A stretch of DNA of 64,000 bases. Origin: Phoronis australis. Taxonomy: Eukaryota; Animalia; Phoronida. The stretch is from assembly GCA_002633005.1 (NCBI GenBank), contig NMRA01000043.1:726675-790674 (forward strand), given 5' to 3'. The position numbers and the translations under genes were made by a program. Positions 14,601-28,174 of this stretch are shown here, piece by piece (the stretch's first letter is position 1; every line of letters starts with the position of its first letter). The notes under the pieces are model-generated. The model worked only from the letters and a program-made list of their open reading frames with translations, searched no databases and had not been told where the DNA came from.

Positions 14601-17600
14601 ACCAGTCGAGTTGCCCAATCTTGACCACTGGGTGCGGCAGCGTAGGATTGTTTTCATGAAAACTCAACAGGCCTGATCTGAAGCAACAGTGGCCTAGGCT
14701 GTTAATTCTAAGTCTAGAAATCATTTCTTTTCGGAATAACAAACAAGATAAGGCAAACTTTGCGACAGTAAGTGGCCTAACTCAAAAGCTGGGTTTTGAC
14801 AGAAAGCAGAGGTTTATTAGCATTTATCTCCCATTCGTCACTGACTTACCAGCTATGGGAGGTCCAAAAAGGGAGGCAACACCTTGAAACAGCAGCGTAA
14901 TGCCAAACGAGCTCGTCAGTTTTTCTAGCCCCAACAAGTCCACAAGAATGACAGAAGTGAGAGACACGTAGGAACCTGCAATCAGTTTAACACATAAGTT
15001 GGAACACAAAGCATTCTGACAAGGGATTCACAACAAATATCATGTAATAGATTGGTCAGATATCATGTAATAGATAAATATCATGTAATAGATTGGTCAG
15101 ATATCAACTCAGTCGACGGAGAACCTAATGATTATGCAAGCAGAATCAGGGAGGCGGTCTGGATTTCAAAGCAGCATAATCCCATGAACAAAAACCGAAA
15201 TCCTGGTAAATTTTTCAATTTGTAGATGCAAACCATGAAATGCATTTACTCAACAATCCATCCACATTTCAAAAAATCTTATTTGTCACAAAATCCAATA
15301 CAACAATCGCTTAGTTCATCATTTAATTATTACAGTAAATAATGTAGAAATTCTGCACAGGGAGACCTTATATTTGCTAACATTTGCAATGCCCTATCAT
15401 TTTCCTCTTGTTGGAAAAAACAATAATTCAACTATAATATTGCAAGATAAGGTACATGCGTCTTCAACCTACCAACAGTGACTCCAAATACAGCGCCATA
15501 TACAACCATCAGACCATACGACTCAGCCAATGGTGCCAAAGCCGTAGCAATGCCACAGACCAGCAGACTTGTGTTGTAGACATGTAACCTTTGAGGGCGA
15601 ATGAAAGGCACATCTGACACAAAGCCAAACAAAACTCGGCCAACAGTATTGGCTATTCCAATGACAGACAACAGAAAGGCAGCCGTCTGGGAATCTATGC
15701 CTCGTATTTGGGCATAATCCGGCAAGAACATGAATGGTATGTAGAATCCAATACTAGTTAGAAAATTAGAGAAGACAAACATGAAGAAAATGGGATCTTT
15801 CAACAACGTGAAATCCAGCATCTCTCGGAATCCGTCATACATCTCGTTAGAACAGCATCTGCAAGCTCTTGGCCTCTGTGTTGGTGAATCCACCCGCAAT
15901 CTGCTGGGCAACGACGTGACACTTGTCGCATAATGGGAAGGGTTTGTTTTGTACTCAGTCATGTTCATTATGCTACCGCTATAGAAAATGTCTTTGCGAT
16001 ACATTATACCAGCACCGTGACTCTCCGACACACTTTGATGAATATTAGTCAAACTGCCTCCCTTTACTTTCCGCTGTTTTGTTGTGGAGTGAATGTTTCC
16101 AACGCTTCTAATCATCTTTGGTTCATCAGTAGGTGGAAAAAGGGTTGATGCCACAGGCTCAGACTTTGACCCTCTCACTGCCACCTCAGGCTGATTGTCA
16201 TCAAGTGTAAGTGCTTGTTTCTCTTCAAGGCAAACATCTGCCTTCTTGTAACTCTGTGAACAATTGAATCTCACAAATGACAAATGACAAATATAGCTGC
16301 CAACAGACCATTACCATACCCTTTGTAATTCCAATACAATAAACCTAACCTGATAGAAATAATTACAAATGCATTGCTTTCTAACAAAGATTTCCATGTC
16401 TTTATGTCTTGACTTGCTATTTGGCAGGCTCTATTGCTTGCTATCACCAGAATTCCTTTAATGTCCTAACAGACAAAAGCACCTTGCCTAGCCTAGTCTT
16501 GGTGTAGCAAGGACTGTAAACACTATTCCCGCATCATATGTGTTGTTTAAACCAATTTCTTAACAGCAGAAGAGGGAGACTGGACTCATTGTTGAACCAT
16601 TTGGAAATAAGGAGGCAATCATCCATGGAAACTAAGAGATAATGAATTTACTTTTATTGCATGCTTTATATGTAAGATCTCCCATAATGCACATCAGTTG
16701 GCAGTGGGATGGATAAAGACCATATTGTGCACTGACATACCTTGTCCTTCCTGACAGGCTGCAGAGGCCTGAAGACGGCGCCACACATAACCATATTGGC
16801 GATTATACCACTGAGTATAAGGACAGTGCCTTTCCAGCCATAGCTGTCAATCAAATATTGACATAGTGGCGCAAAGACAAATGTGCCCACTCCTGAGCCG
16901 CACACAGCCAGGCCTGTCGCAAAGGCTCGCTTCTTCTCAAAGTAGTAACCAACCGAGACAATGGCAGGGAGATAAATAAGGCCAAACCCAAAGCCTGCAA
17001 AAATAGTGTGCATCATGTTTACAACCAAAATATTAACCCGCCAAAATTATCAATCCTATTTCATCACATGATAAATTGAATAGAATTGCTCCTCAGTGAA
17101 CTGTTCATGATCTAGCTGGCAAAATGGGATGGAACTTTTCACAGACGGAACAGTTCACAGATGGAACAGTTCACAGATGGAACAGTTCACAGATGGAACA
17201 GTTCACAGATGGAACACTTCACAGATGGAACAGTTCACAGATGGAACAGTTCACAGATGGAACACTTCACAGATGGAACACTTCACAGATGGAACAGTTC
17301 ACAGACGCACATTCAATTTTAACCAACACTTTCAATTTTACGGTTCATTCTTCTCAGAGACAAGTAAGACAAATATCAAACCTAGCTAGACAGGTAATGT
17401 GCAACTTGTCTGTGACAATGCAAAAAATCAAGTCATAGCATAACTAAAGTGGAGATATATTAGAAGTATTTTATCTGTGTGATTCACTGCCTCATGGGAC
17501 TACAGCTTTATGATAAAACTTACTCTGATATAGCATTTTCATTTCAGTAAAGTGTGTTATTCTAGTACGGTAAAAACTCCTTAAATTTAGGAAAAATATT

Positions 17601-20123
17601 GCTAAAATAGCCATACTTCTAAATTTCAGGGTCTTACCATATTGTTGCAAATGTTCAAAACTTTACCAAATGTTATTTGGTAATAGCTGCACCACACAAA
17701 CTGTGGTAAAGGCAAAGTTGATTTTCCTGAGAAGGTATTTTTGTAGAGAAAATTTGACAAATTAAATTTCGCCCATCCGCCATATTGTATCCCAAGTATC
17801 AGAATTTTTACTGCAGTTGGGTGAACTCCAGTTAATTGTTTAAGTCCCAGTCAAATATGCATAGAAGGCACTTGGTGGTAATGAACTTTCTGTTTTATGG
17901 ACTCTTACATAATGTACATGGATTGATAAAGTGAATCTCACACCACTAGGGTGTAATGAGTTAACACCTTGAAATATATTTATACCTAAATCTAATATTT
18001 TAACATACGTCTTAAATTGCCGTCAACATATTTTGAAAATTGAATAATAGAGACAACATTTCTATAAATTGTCTCAGTTTTCAAAATAAATAAATCTAAA
18101 AGTTAAGAAACATGTCATTGTGTTATATAGCAAAAACAACAGGTAATAATATACCTTCTAGGGCATACAATGTGCCTACATTTTGAGAATCAGTTTGATG
18201 CTCATTATTCAGTGGAGAAAACCTCGTTCTCAAAATGAGACACGTTATATCCGACTATTACCCCTTCTAGAATTAGAGCACATTCAAAGTATTTTTTGCT
18301 GTGCATGTGGTTTGTACCTGCCACAATTCCAAAACTGAAGAACATAAAGTAAATGTTGGGTGTGAAGATGCTGACTATGAAGCCCACAAATGTGATGATG
18401 GTTCCTGCTATTGTCACCACACGGCAGCCATATTTGTTAGTTAGTGCACTGGCAACAGGTCCTAAAACAAGAGAATGGCAATAAAATGACCGGTTACCGG
18501 AAAAATGTCAATTTTCTTTATAATTATGAAAGTGAATCAATTTTGAAAATCAATGTCGTAGTGGATGTGCATTCAAGACAGAATTTGTAATTTTAAAGGG
18601 AAAGCAACCATTTGATGCTATCTTTACAAAAAATACTTAATGGAAAAAAGTTTTTTTAACTTTTTTGTGCCATCAATATTCCTTCTAAACCTCTTCTTTC
18701 TTTTGTACTTTAACATAAGAAAATGGCACAAACAGTCCAGCAAAATGCTCCCTTTTATATTCTGTATTCATTTCCACAATTAGGCAAATCTTACATAAAC
18801 TAGCAAGATTTGCATGCAAGTGGACGAGAAAGCATGCACTGTTTTCCCCAAAGTGTCTAGCGAAGTCCTCGGCACGTCAAAGGCTTGATGGCGCCACCAC
18901 GGATTGAAGGCAGCTACTAACTATTCATAGGCTTGGCTGAACGGGCTTGATGAGATGATGCGGTCGTAAACCAATACGCCTGAGTTTTAAAGTCAAAAAC
19001 CGAACGATAGGTATGGCAGAAGACCAACATGACTGTTTTTTAAAATTAAAAAGTATACATAGTAGTAATATATTTTTGAATATTTAAAATCAAGGCATTA
19101 TAAGAGAAATAGATTTTCTTCAGTATCACGGCTAAGCAACGAGCATTGAAGTGAATCGAATATGGCAGGTTAGTCACAGTTTGGTTTAGGCTCGCTTAGA
19201 CGTCGGGGTAACAGACCCCCAAATGTTAGCATAGGATTTGTCTCATGATTGAGCAAGCACAACATGTGAATCTATCACTTTTGAACACAGACTTTGTCAG
19301 TCATTCACATCTGCTCAACGACAGTGAATGGCGGTCCCTTCTGCTGGGCTATTGTTAACACTTTCAATTGTTTCTGGAGAGTGAGTATGTGCCAGCAGAG
19401 CAGGTAATTAATGCAAAGTATGTGTCTCTAAGACATTAATTATCTATAATTTTAGTAAAAGTATCACGGTATAATCAAAAATGGTTGCTTTCCTCTTAAA
19501 CATCATAGTTTCCCTTCACAGTCCCGCTTTCAGTGAGACTTTCCTACTTATTTAAAACTCCATCCTGCATGCTGTCACAGCAACAGATACACGATTACAT
19601 TCCGATGTTACAAGGATACTCATTTTTTAGCTTTTCCTACACTAAATAGCACCATCACACATGTTCCAAATCACGGGCACGGCTAAAAAACCCTCCGCAC
19701 GACGTTCTTGGGTATAGTGGTGGACACTTCACATGGGGTATCGCCTAAATTCATGTGTCCCTCTTTTTCATTTTGGAATGTAATGGCAGAGCATGAACAG
19801 ATTTTAAAACATAAGCATTTCTAACATTCTTTCTGCAAACCTGTACTTAGCGTCATTCCAATGACTAATGAGCCAATCCACGATGTTGTCCCTTTACCAG
19901 TTCCAAAGTACTCCACTAATTCCACAAACAAAACACCAAATGAATAGCATACGCCATCAGCAATGACATGAATGAAGAATGAAGCTGTGACCACTATCCA
20001 CCCCCATCCCCCGTCAGGGGGAACTGGCATTTCAAATTCATCATCATCTGTCCCAGCAACAACGCCGTTGCCATTGGCCCTTTTGTTCTCATCACTCACT
20101 GACTCATCAGTTTTGGAAAGCAT
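11682..20123 (-). CDS. Monocarboxylate transporter, SLC16/MCT family (MCT12/14-like invertebrate type), about 595 aa. Coding exons 20123-19841, 18461-18318, 16994-16741, 16253-15473, 14975-14850, 11881-11682
   Basis: Motifs [51 protein letters not shown] and [12 protein letters not shown]. All five introns are GT..AG with consistent phase, and exon lengths sum to 1788 nt. Ends in ...DSNV* (class I PDZ-binding motif, as in vertebrate MCT1/MCT4). Confidence 0.93.
12412..13914 (-). mobile_element. Non-autonomous Helentron/HINE (DINE-1-like) element with internal tandem repeats, in the last SLC16 intron
   Basis: Read on the minus strand: T-run, subterminal repeat ATGCGCCCACA plus palindrome, (TCCG/TCTG)n microsatellite, ~150-bp subunits (gccactag) in a ~450-bp higher-order repeat, second subTIR, terminal hairpin (caacgc..gcgttg) and CTTGTT end. 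Confidence 0.8.
17129..17306. repeat. Minisatellite, 16-bp unit, about 11 copies
   Basis: atggaacagttcacag repeated; it explains the spurious ORFs at 17124 and 17129. Confidence 0.95.
18597..19495. mobile_element. TTAA-flanked non-autonomous DNA transposon (Kolobok-like)
   Basis: TIRs agggaaagcaaccattt / aaatggttgctttcctc, each flanked by TTAA. Confidence 0.65.
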
Positions 20124-20299
20124 TTTCAAACACTTCTTTCACACCAATTGGTGAGACGTAGTGATAGTTCAGATCTACAGTTCTTCTTTTTGTCTTCAGA
20201 TTTGCTTGCCAGGCTCTTCAGCATGGAGAATGTGAACTGCAAAAATATCATTTGAGATACGAGAAACACAGAGGAAAGTAAGTTTCTATCAGTGCAAAT

Positions 20300-21458
20300 A
20301 GCACAGATGAGAAACAACATGACCACCAGTCCTCTAAATCTGACCAACTCACCACAAAACAGGATCAAATGGGACCGCTGCACCAGAAAATGGGACCGAC
20401 ACACCTAAAAACATGACCACCCCACCAAAAAAAACAGGACCACCAGAGACTAAACATGACCGCATTGACAATCAGGTTAAGTTTTATGACCAGTCAATTG
20501 ACAGTGTAGGCCTATACAGATCATACAGAGGGGCTATAGACATGCAAGGCTTAAGCTGATTAATCCACTGAAATCTTTTGTGCGCTACAGAAGACTTTAC
20601 TTTTATTAACGACACTCTTCCTTGAGTTAATTCAATTATCGGCGCTCGGGAAAATTAGCGTTCTACCGTTATTCTGCTGCTAAAATTATGATGCGTTCTT
20701 TGCGGTCAGCTTTCATTGGCCAGTTTCTTTTTCCCCGATTCTTCAATCAGCTGTTCTTCTCTTCTGCGAGGTTGCATACATGGCACAACGAATTACTGGA
20801 CCTGGTTTCATTTCATTACAAGTTTTTAGTATTTTAATACCAGCAAACTGAATTTCAGAACAAATTTTGCTGTTGCGAAGCTGTCACCATCTTCCAAAAG
20901 ATGACGCAAAATTTTAGGAAATGCCACGTGCGCGTGTCACGAGTGCGACAGATTTTTCTTTGTAAAAAAAGGCAAAGAATTATGCAAGAAAATAATGTTT
21001 ATTAAATTGTTTTTCACTCAAACGGCTGCAACAGGTAGGGTGAGTGTCGGTTGATTCCCAGATTTTGCATGCACCTCCACCGGTCATTAGTTCTGCATGT
21101 TGATATAATTCTTACGAGGAGGTTACGAGCAGAACCACCCAGGCTGTGTAAAATTTCGGGGTCTCACGGGGCTTACACACAGGCTACCAAGCTGTATTTT
21201 GAGGATAGTCTTTATACAGCTAGCTGGCCCGTTACGTCATAACCCGCAGTATCATTGATAACTATTTGTTCAGTCTACGGCGGTGGGGCGGTCGTGTTTT
21301 TAGGAGCATTGGTCCCATTTTCTGGTGCGGCCGTCCCATGTGATCCCCGTAGATCCTGCTTTGTGGTGAGTCACTCTGATTCGGAGGACTAGCAGTCATA
21401 TTTCGGGTCCGGCGGTCATGTTGTTTCTCACCCGCCACAAGGGTACACGGGGTCTGTG
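20300..21458. mobile_element. Degenerate long-TIR element with a nested dispersed repeat
   Basis: Inverted arms (gagaaacaacatgacc...caccagaaaatgggacc versus ggtcccattttctggtg...ggtcatgttgtttctc). The right end is CTGTG; no TSD resolved. Confidence 0.5.
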
Positions 21459-22901
21459 GCTGGCTGCAGGAAACAGCCCCAGGGACTCAACATCTTGCGT
21501 GCTAAATAAGCAAAGAATTATACAAGTATGCAGCTGAGTGAGAGAACCAGATGACAAAGGCAGGTTACATTTATTGGAAAGGGTGTGTAGCACAAGACTG
21601 GAAGATAAAAACAGAATCAGAAATTAAAACACACACAGATTTTTGTCCTAAATCTCAAAATACGTCATCCGGCACATAACTTCCATTTTAATACAGCTGT
21701 AATAAACAGTTACCATAACAAAGTACAAAAACCTATTTCAGTCAAATGACCAAAATAAAATATCATCAAAATTCCCAAGAAATGAAACAGGGGTTTCTTC
21801 ATTCCAGGCTTGAATATGTAGGCAGACATTCCCTGGAGTGAGAATTCTTGAAACTCATTTTGAAATCATGAATAACAAGTAAGTAAATTAATGCAGAGTC
21901 ACTCAAATCTGAAATATTTTATTTCAATCGCTGTGAATCTGACATTGAACTGACCACACTCAACTAACAAGTGTGCAATATTTCAAAAGTACTAAAAGCT
22001 CCAAAATTAATATTTTGAACAACAGAAAACGTTGAATATTTCAATACTTCTAGTTATATGATGAGATTTATATAGCTAGTGGTTATACAAATTCTTATTT
22101 CTCTTGATGTCTCTAAAGTATTTCAATCAGTGCTTTTGTTGAAAACAGCACACAGGCAAATGGTTTCAGAGTACCATAGTCTCACACTATTATAAGAAAC
22201 ATTCTGTAATTTTGGACAAAAACATCAATTGGACAATCTGGGTTCACGTCAATAAATTTGAAACAAAAGCTGCTTAGTCCTATGGAAGTGCACTATTCAG
22301 AATTTTTTTTTGCTTCGTTTCTGAAATGATTCCGCATCCCAACTTTGAAACTGTTTTAAATTATGGAATGTTTACAATAAATTAATCCCACTTAACCTTC
22401 AAACACCCCTCTCCTCAGGCCAGGGTTCAAAAGTCAATAAAGTCTATGCATGCACTGATATTATCCACATTACCTGGCATGTCATTTTATGATTTATGAG
22501 TAGATAAGCTGAGACTGAGCAGCTGAGTGCAGTTACTTGGTACAGTACCTACTTATAAGGACAGACTGGCTGGTGGCAGAATACTGAGAACAATGCTACC
22601 TTCAACAATCCTACACTTTTGGAATACATTTTAAAGCTTTATGATTTTATACTACCACATTGTGGGCCAAAAAGTTCATTCATAACTTTCTTTTAAATCC
22701 AGATCAATGTATGTAACAATGGTTTAGAATATGTAATTTGTGTTAATTGTAACTCCTTGCACAAATCACTTTCACCCTTAGAACAAAATAAAATCACATA
22801 TGGGCAAATGTGGTTGTTGTTTTGAACCTTTTTCATATTATAAGTTTGAATGTTCAAAAAACACACGGAGCATCTTTGCGTTTTGTATAACTTCATACTA
22901 T

Positions 22902-23006
22902 TCTGAATAACTAGATGCCTATCACCTTTGTAGCCATTCATACTCATCTGAATAACTGGATGCCTATCACCTTTGTAGCCATTCATACTCATCTGAATAA
23001 CTGGAT
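22902..23006. repeat. 42-bp tandem duplication
   Basis: tctgaataactggatgcctatcacctttgtagccattcatactca twice plus a partial copy. Confidence 0.85.
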
Positions 23007-23396
23007 GTCGAGTATAAGTTCAAAAATACAAGAAGAAAAAGTAAAATGCAAGTAGAAATTGACCTCACTCGTATTACTCCTACTGCGCCAAGCGGACGTT
23101 CGGTGTTTTTCCTCTTGTCACCACAAATTATCAGCCCAAATCTGGAAATGCAAGAAGCAATCATGCCGTTATTCATATCAATTCCAGCGCACATTTTCGC
23201 CTACATCAAGCACTGAAGATGTAGGGAAAGACAGCTTAGGTTGGCCAGTTAGGGGCTACAATACTTCCAATCGCTTTCTGCACAAATTTCGTCCTGCGTA
23301 TTTTAAACGGGTGATAGAGCAAATCCGGTCACCAACCGAGTTTTCACTTTGTCAAAATTACATTCTATACTTAAAACTATGACTTAAAGCGCTTAC

Positions 23397-23630
23397 TTTC
23401 TTCAGTGTTCCTTTCTACTTCTACACATATCTTCCATGAAGTATAGCTACGACAATTAAGGTAACTTTGCCGAAGAATTCCAACTTTTTGGTCATCGTTA
23501 ACTTTTTCACCACGCGGGATAACCATAACACAAAGCATTTCAACTGTGTCTCATGAGTTAGACAAAGGCTAGCGCAAAACTGAGCGAAGCGCATGACGCT
23601 GGCCGACGTGATACTTGGAAAATAGCATGG
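23397..23630 (-). promoter_or_regulatory. Putative promoter and non-coding first exon of the SLC16 gene
   Basis: The first coding exon has an acceptor (ttttgcag, exon starts 20236) upstream of its ATG, so a further 5' exon is expected. A good minus-strand donor (AAA|GTAAGC) lies at 23396 next to a CpG-richer stretch. Inference only. Confidence 0.35.
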
Positions 23631-24839
23631 AAAGGTATCAGGTGAAATTTGTAAGATTTGTATCCCCTAGGTTATTTATTAGTCAACATGCGTGATTTCA
23701 CATAACTTCCTCAAAATGGCACCCATTAAGAAAAATTCGAGCAAACCACGAAAGATTTTCATCGATTTGTTCAAATTATCTTGACTGAATCGTCTCCAGA
23801 CTTATGGTATGTGTTAATAACTCCATGTGCATACATGCACATGTTTCATTTGATTTTATTTCCTGTATTTTGAAATTCGTAACTTTTTATGGGGATGTAC
23901 TATCACCCCTGTATGCCTGCAGCATCCAGGGTGATGTAATTGCCTAGATTGCACCATGCTGATAGCACTTGCTGAGATCTATAACCACATACAAAATTAC
24001 AAAAACATCCCTCCAGCCAGAACAGACATGGTATTGGTAAAACAACTCTCACATAGCATGTACAGTGCAAACAAACAAACGCAGACTTCTATCTATCTGT
24101 CTCTCTTGGAGCATTTCACACTGAAGTCGAAGATTCTGAAGTGGCACATCTTACAAATTAAAAGTGTGATGGTGAGGTGTGTATGTATGCGTACAAGAGT
24201 AGTGTGAGTGCAGTGCAGTGCAATGTGCATGAAGTGCAATGATGACTCATATGAGAGGAGGGCTGTCTGGAAGTGATCCAGAGACACAGCACCAATGACA
24301 TGGGCAAGTATGTCAGTGTTCCAGGAGACTTCACGACAGAAACTGCAGGACCATATTTGGAGAATTTCATTTCGCCAAGTAAACAAATAAAAACAAACTT
24401 CTCGACAAAGCAATATACCCGTAAAACTTTCATTTTTCCAAGTAATGTGCCCTGTACTAAAACACAAGTGCTGGTTACCGGCGGCGGGTCTTCCGAATAC
24501 TGCCACATCAGTAAAGTCAATCAGCTGATCAAGAACAATGATGCCATGGCAAACAAAGCCCGATGAGGTCACTACTTGCAAAAACTTAAGGCTCTCGATA
24601 AATAACATGAATTGCATCAAAATCACAAAATAAGCATGAATGCCTTAGACTATGTCATGTAATATCATACTACCTGTTTCAATCACTTGATGACACCCAA
24701 TTTGTGGGCCAATATCAATGACGAAAGTCCGTCATGAATGCGAACAGCATTACCCGATAAACAACGGCGCATGACCTCAGTCATATGACAAAGCCATGTG
24801 GCGCCGTCTGAAGGCCATATCCAATACTGAATCTGCTGT

Positions 24840-25326
24840 AACAAAACCAAAGTAAGAACCTACATTTTATTTAAGCACGAGTTTTTAACTGAGCCGTATG
24901 TAAAGATTAATTTATCTCGTTCCGAAGCGATCTCTTCTGGCTCAGCTTAGAGCAGGAAATCTCCCATTGCACTTGGAAACTGGTCGTTATGTAAAACAAA
25001 CACTCCTGTAAGTGAAAGACTTGTGTTGTGATTCTATCAGTGGAGGAGAGCTACATTTTTGTTTGATTGTTCTTTATAACTCACGGAGGGTCTATTCTGT
25101 TTCATAATGTCTCACTTCAAATCCCGAACTTTGCAGATTTCAGTAGATTAGATACGTTAAAACTGTTTTTCAATATTTCCCAAGGCAATTTGCCAAATAT
25201 AGTCAAGTCTGCTTTTGAACATAGAAACCGACGCATTTATGGTACCGGGTAGGCCTACATGTGAGTTGTGTGGTTAAAGTGACTAATAAGCCCAATTGGG
25301 CTGGGTACGTATCTTTCTTACGAATG
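24840..25326 (+). mobile_element. Decayed non-LTR retrotransposon 3' fragment; its 3' UTR resumes at 28047-28115 after the hAT insertion
   Basis: Frameshifted translation KPKVRTYILFKHEFLTEPYV..RSLLAQLRAGNLPLHLETGRY..ELHFLFDC, typical of a LINE ORF2 C-terminus. Ends with aataaa-tactatta after the inserted element. Confidence 0.7.
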
Positions 25327-28046
25327 CAGTGGCGGATCTACGGGGGGTTCAGGGGGTTTAAACCCCCCCACCCCCTCGGGCCAGGACACAAAAATTAGAA
25401 AAAAAAAACAAAAACTTCTCCAGCAAAACAAAAACGACACCGCCAACGTATGTAAACCCCAAGTAAACCAACTTGGGCCAGGACACAAAAATTAGAAAAA
25501 ATAACGTCTCCAGCAAAACAAAAACGACACCGCCAGCGTATGTAAACTCCAAATAAACCAACTTGGAAAAAAACGAGGGGGGGAGGTTCACTCTAAAAAT
25601 ATTTTTTTTGCGTTGTAAATTGCTGTTATGAAAATCAACACGTTTCGAGTCTTCGTGGCTCGTCGGTAAAACCCCGAGATCAACTGTGCGCGCGCTCCCG
25701 ACCACACTTCTGAAGTAGCCAAGCATCTTACATGGATCCACCTCTGAAAGAGCAGCTCTATGGCTGATTCCTTTAGGTAACTAGTTTCTTTACTCTAAGA
25801 TATGTTTTGATTTGATTAGGGGAAATACTGTGGTGCCGCAATCCTGATATTCAACCTTTTTACCTCATCTGTCATGCCATGTCATCCTATTACACCCCAC
25901 ACGTTTGTAACTCGAATTTGACTGATGTATAGTAAAGTTGTCTTGCGCGATATCATACAGTGTACATGTACATGTAATACTTGAAAAAAAAACTCGTTTT
26001 CCAAAGAATTGCTATTGTGGCCTGCGCCGTGGTCTGGTCACGAGTCTGTTTGAAGATGCACTCTAACAAGTTATGTCTATACAAGGAATGACCAAGGGGG
26101 CACTCACATTAACAAAGTGACCGCATTCGCGAACAGTGTACAGTACCAGAACTTGCGGAGAGGCAACAAAGTCTTGCGGGAGTCGTGCGATGTTCAACGG
26201 GCCTCCTAAGGAGCCTTAGTGCCGACCTCAACACCTATCGTCTTTCTACCTGCAATAAGCACCACTGCCGTTTTCTATGCTGGGAATTTCCGCAGAAAGG
26301 CCCACCCGAAGAAACGCCCATGCCCATGGGCATTTATTTGATGCAAATGGGTCCTGGGATACATCGTCAAGGTTTAAAGTAGTCCATGATGAACGGATCG
26401 AATTTAGTTGCGCATGCTGTAAGTCTTTTGAATGGACTTGGTTATCTCAGGGAGCTTAGTGCCAACTGAGCTGCGAAACGAGATGCTGACAATGTAGAGG
26501 CGTACAAGCTCATTGACACAGCAGTTGACGAAGTGCAAGCGTTGGGAACAAACGTCGAAGATGTCTGGGTAGAATGGTTCCAAGAGCAGCAAACCATTGG
26601 ATCCGATGTACAGATTCCTCGGCAGTCTAGACAACAGAAAGATGGGACCAACGTTCCCGGAGAAACACCCAGGTAATAAATTATAATTATACACAGTTTG
26701 TAATAATGTCGGTTTTTTATGCTTGTGTACAATGAATAGAAATTATTTTTGGACATGCCAAATTTACCCAGTACAGCAGAGGGTCTACAAGAGCACAGAA
26801 ACTGATTCTGGCTTGTATTTCCACTTGAGTCTATCTTCTTTATATCCAAAATCTTATTTCACGTAGTGCGTAGTTAAATCTGTATTCAATACTTGTTTCT
26901 TCCAGTGAGTACTACAGAACGGTGCGAAAACCCTTCCTAGACAACCTCTCGCAGCACTTGACCATCAGATGTATGAACTACACGTATGAGCATCCACTGG
27001 GGATTAAAAAGTGTCTAGAGAGAGGTTTTCAATTCAATTTTTTTTTTGCAAAGTACGCTTTAGGTCTCGCGACGGACCAGGCCAGCTTGATTTGTGTAGA
27101 TATCGAGTTTCTGATCCCTCGGCGAACCAGACTTGTGATGTTTTTACCAAAGTGTGCTTTGTTAAACTATTTATCTCGACCAGTACTGTTTGGTCCCGCG
27201 ACAGATCGACTATTTTTATAGGGATAACAACCACAGGTGTACTTTTGGTCTCGTGACGGACCAGGCAAGAGTTTTTGTGTACTCTCAGTGTACATCTGGT
27301 CCCTCTGCGAACTGCTCCTGTATATCTTTTCACCACGGTGTAGGCTTACAGAGTGTTTTGGTTTCGTGAAACTGTTTTCAGATGATTTGTTTCCTGATAC
27401 ATTTGACGTTTTTCAATTGTTGTCAACGTGATTCAGCTTAATAAAATGATACTTAATTGTTTTTGCCGCTTTTAATAATAGACTATGAACTGAGAGCACT
27501 ATCGTTCGCCAGTTTTTCTCGTAACGAAACAGAACACATGTTTTATTTCCGGACTAACAGTACAGGTCTTCGTTCTTAAACAGCTTGAGGCTGTTGCGAT
27601 CATCTGATATTCAAGTTTTTACGCCTCGTCGGTGCTCCTTATGCTCTTGAATATTTGGTAGTTGTCTAAACCCCTGTATACACACCAAACTTTTTCGTAT
27701 GCTAAAAAGGTGAGTGTAAGCAGATGTACCAACAAAAATTTTTGCTGGTGGTGTGACTCATACCCAGATGTGCATAAATGTGGTTTCACGAAACTTATGA
27801 GCCAAGTTCATGTGACGAAATCGAGAAGGGCTTTTAATTATCATAAGAAAAACTCCAGGGACATGTTAAGTGCCCAAAACGTACCAGGAAATTTCACTGT
27901 TTGTCTCAGACAAAAATAAAACGTTGTCTTACACGGGAGGAGGGTAAACCCCCCTCCCGACCTCCCCCGCTCGGCGCCACGCGCCTCGGATTCGACCTTT
28001 GCGGGAATCCTAAACCCCCCTTACTGAAAACGTAGATCCGCCACTG
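25327..28046 (+). mobile_element. hAT-superfamily transposon, copy 1 (2.7 kb, decayed intron-containing transposase, 5-bp TSD)
   Basis: TIR CAGTGGCGGATCTACG at both ends, TSD GAATG. Remnant peptide DADNVEAYKLIDTAVDEVQAL..VEDVWVEWF..PRQSRQQ..NVPGETP|SEYYRTVRKPFLDNLSQHLTIR resembles the P52rIPK/ZMYM-type hAT transposase. Confidence 0.88.
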
Positions 28047-28174
28047 GAATGTTATACCTATAACTGTTTGATTTAATTGTACTTGTCACTATAATGAATA
28101 AATACTATTATACACTATAGACAGAGATCGTGTAACTTCGTACTATAGTTTACAAAACAGCCACATACCCAAAT

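Noticed and set aside
8204-17306. Short regular repeats as possible CRISPR arrays
   Set aside because: No unique spacers, eukaryotic context, no cas genes; ordinary minisatellites.
24093-24626. 177-aa ORF and overlapping ORFs
   Set aside because: No recognisable motifs or splice structure.
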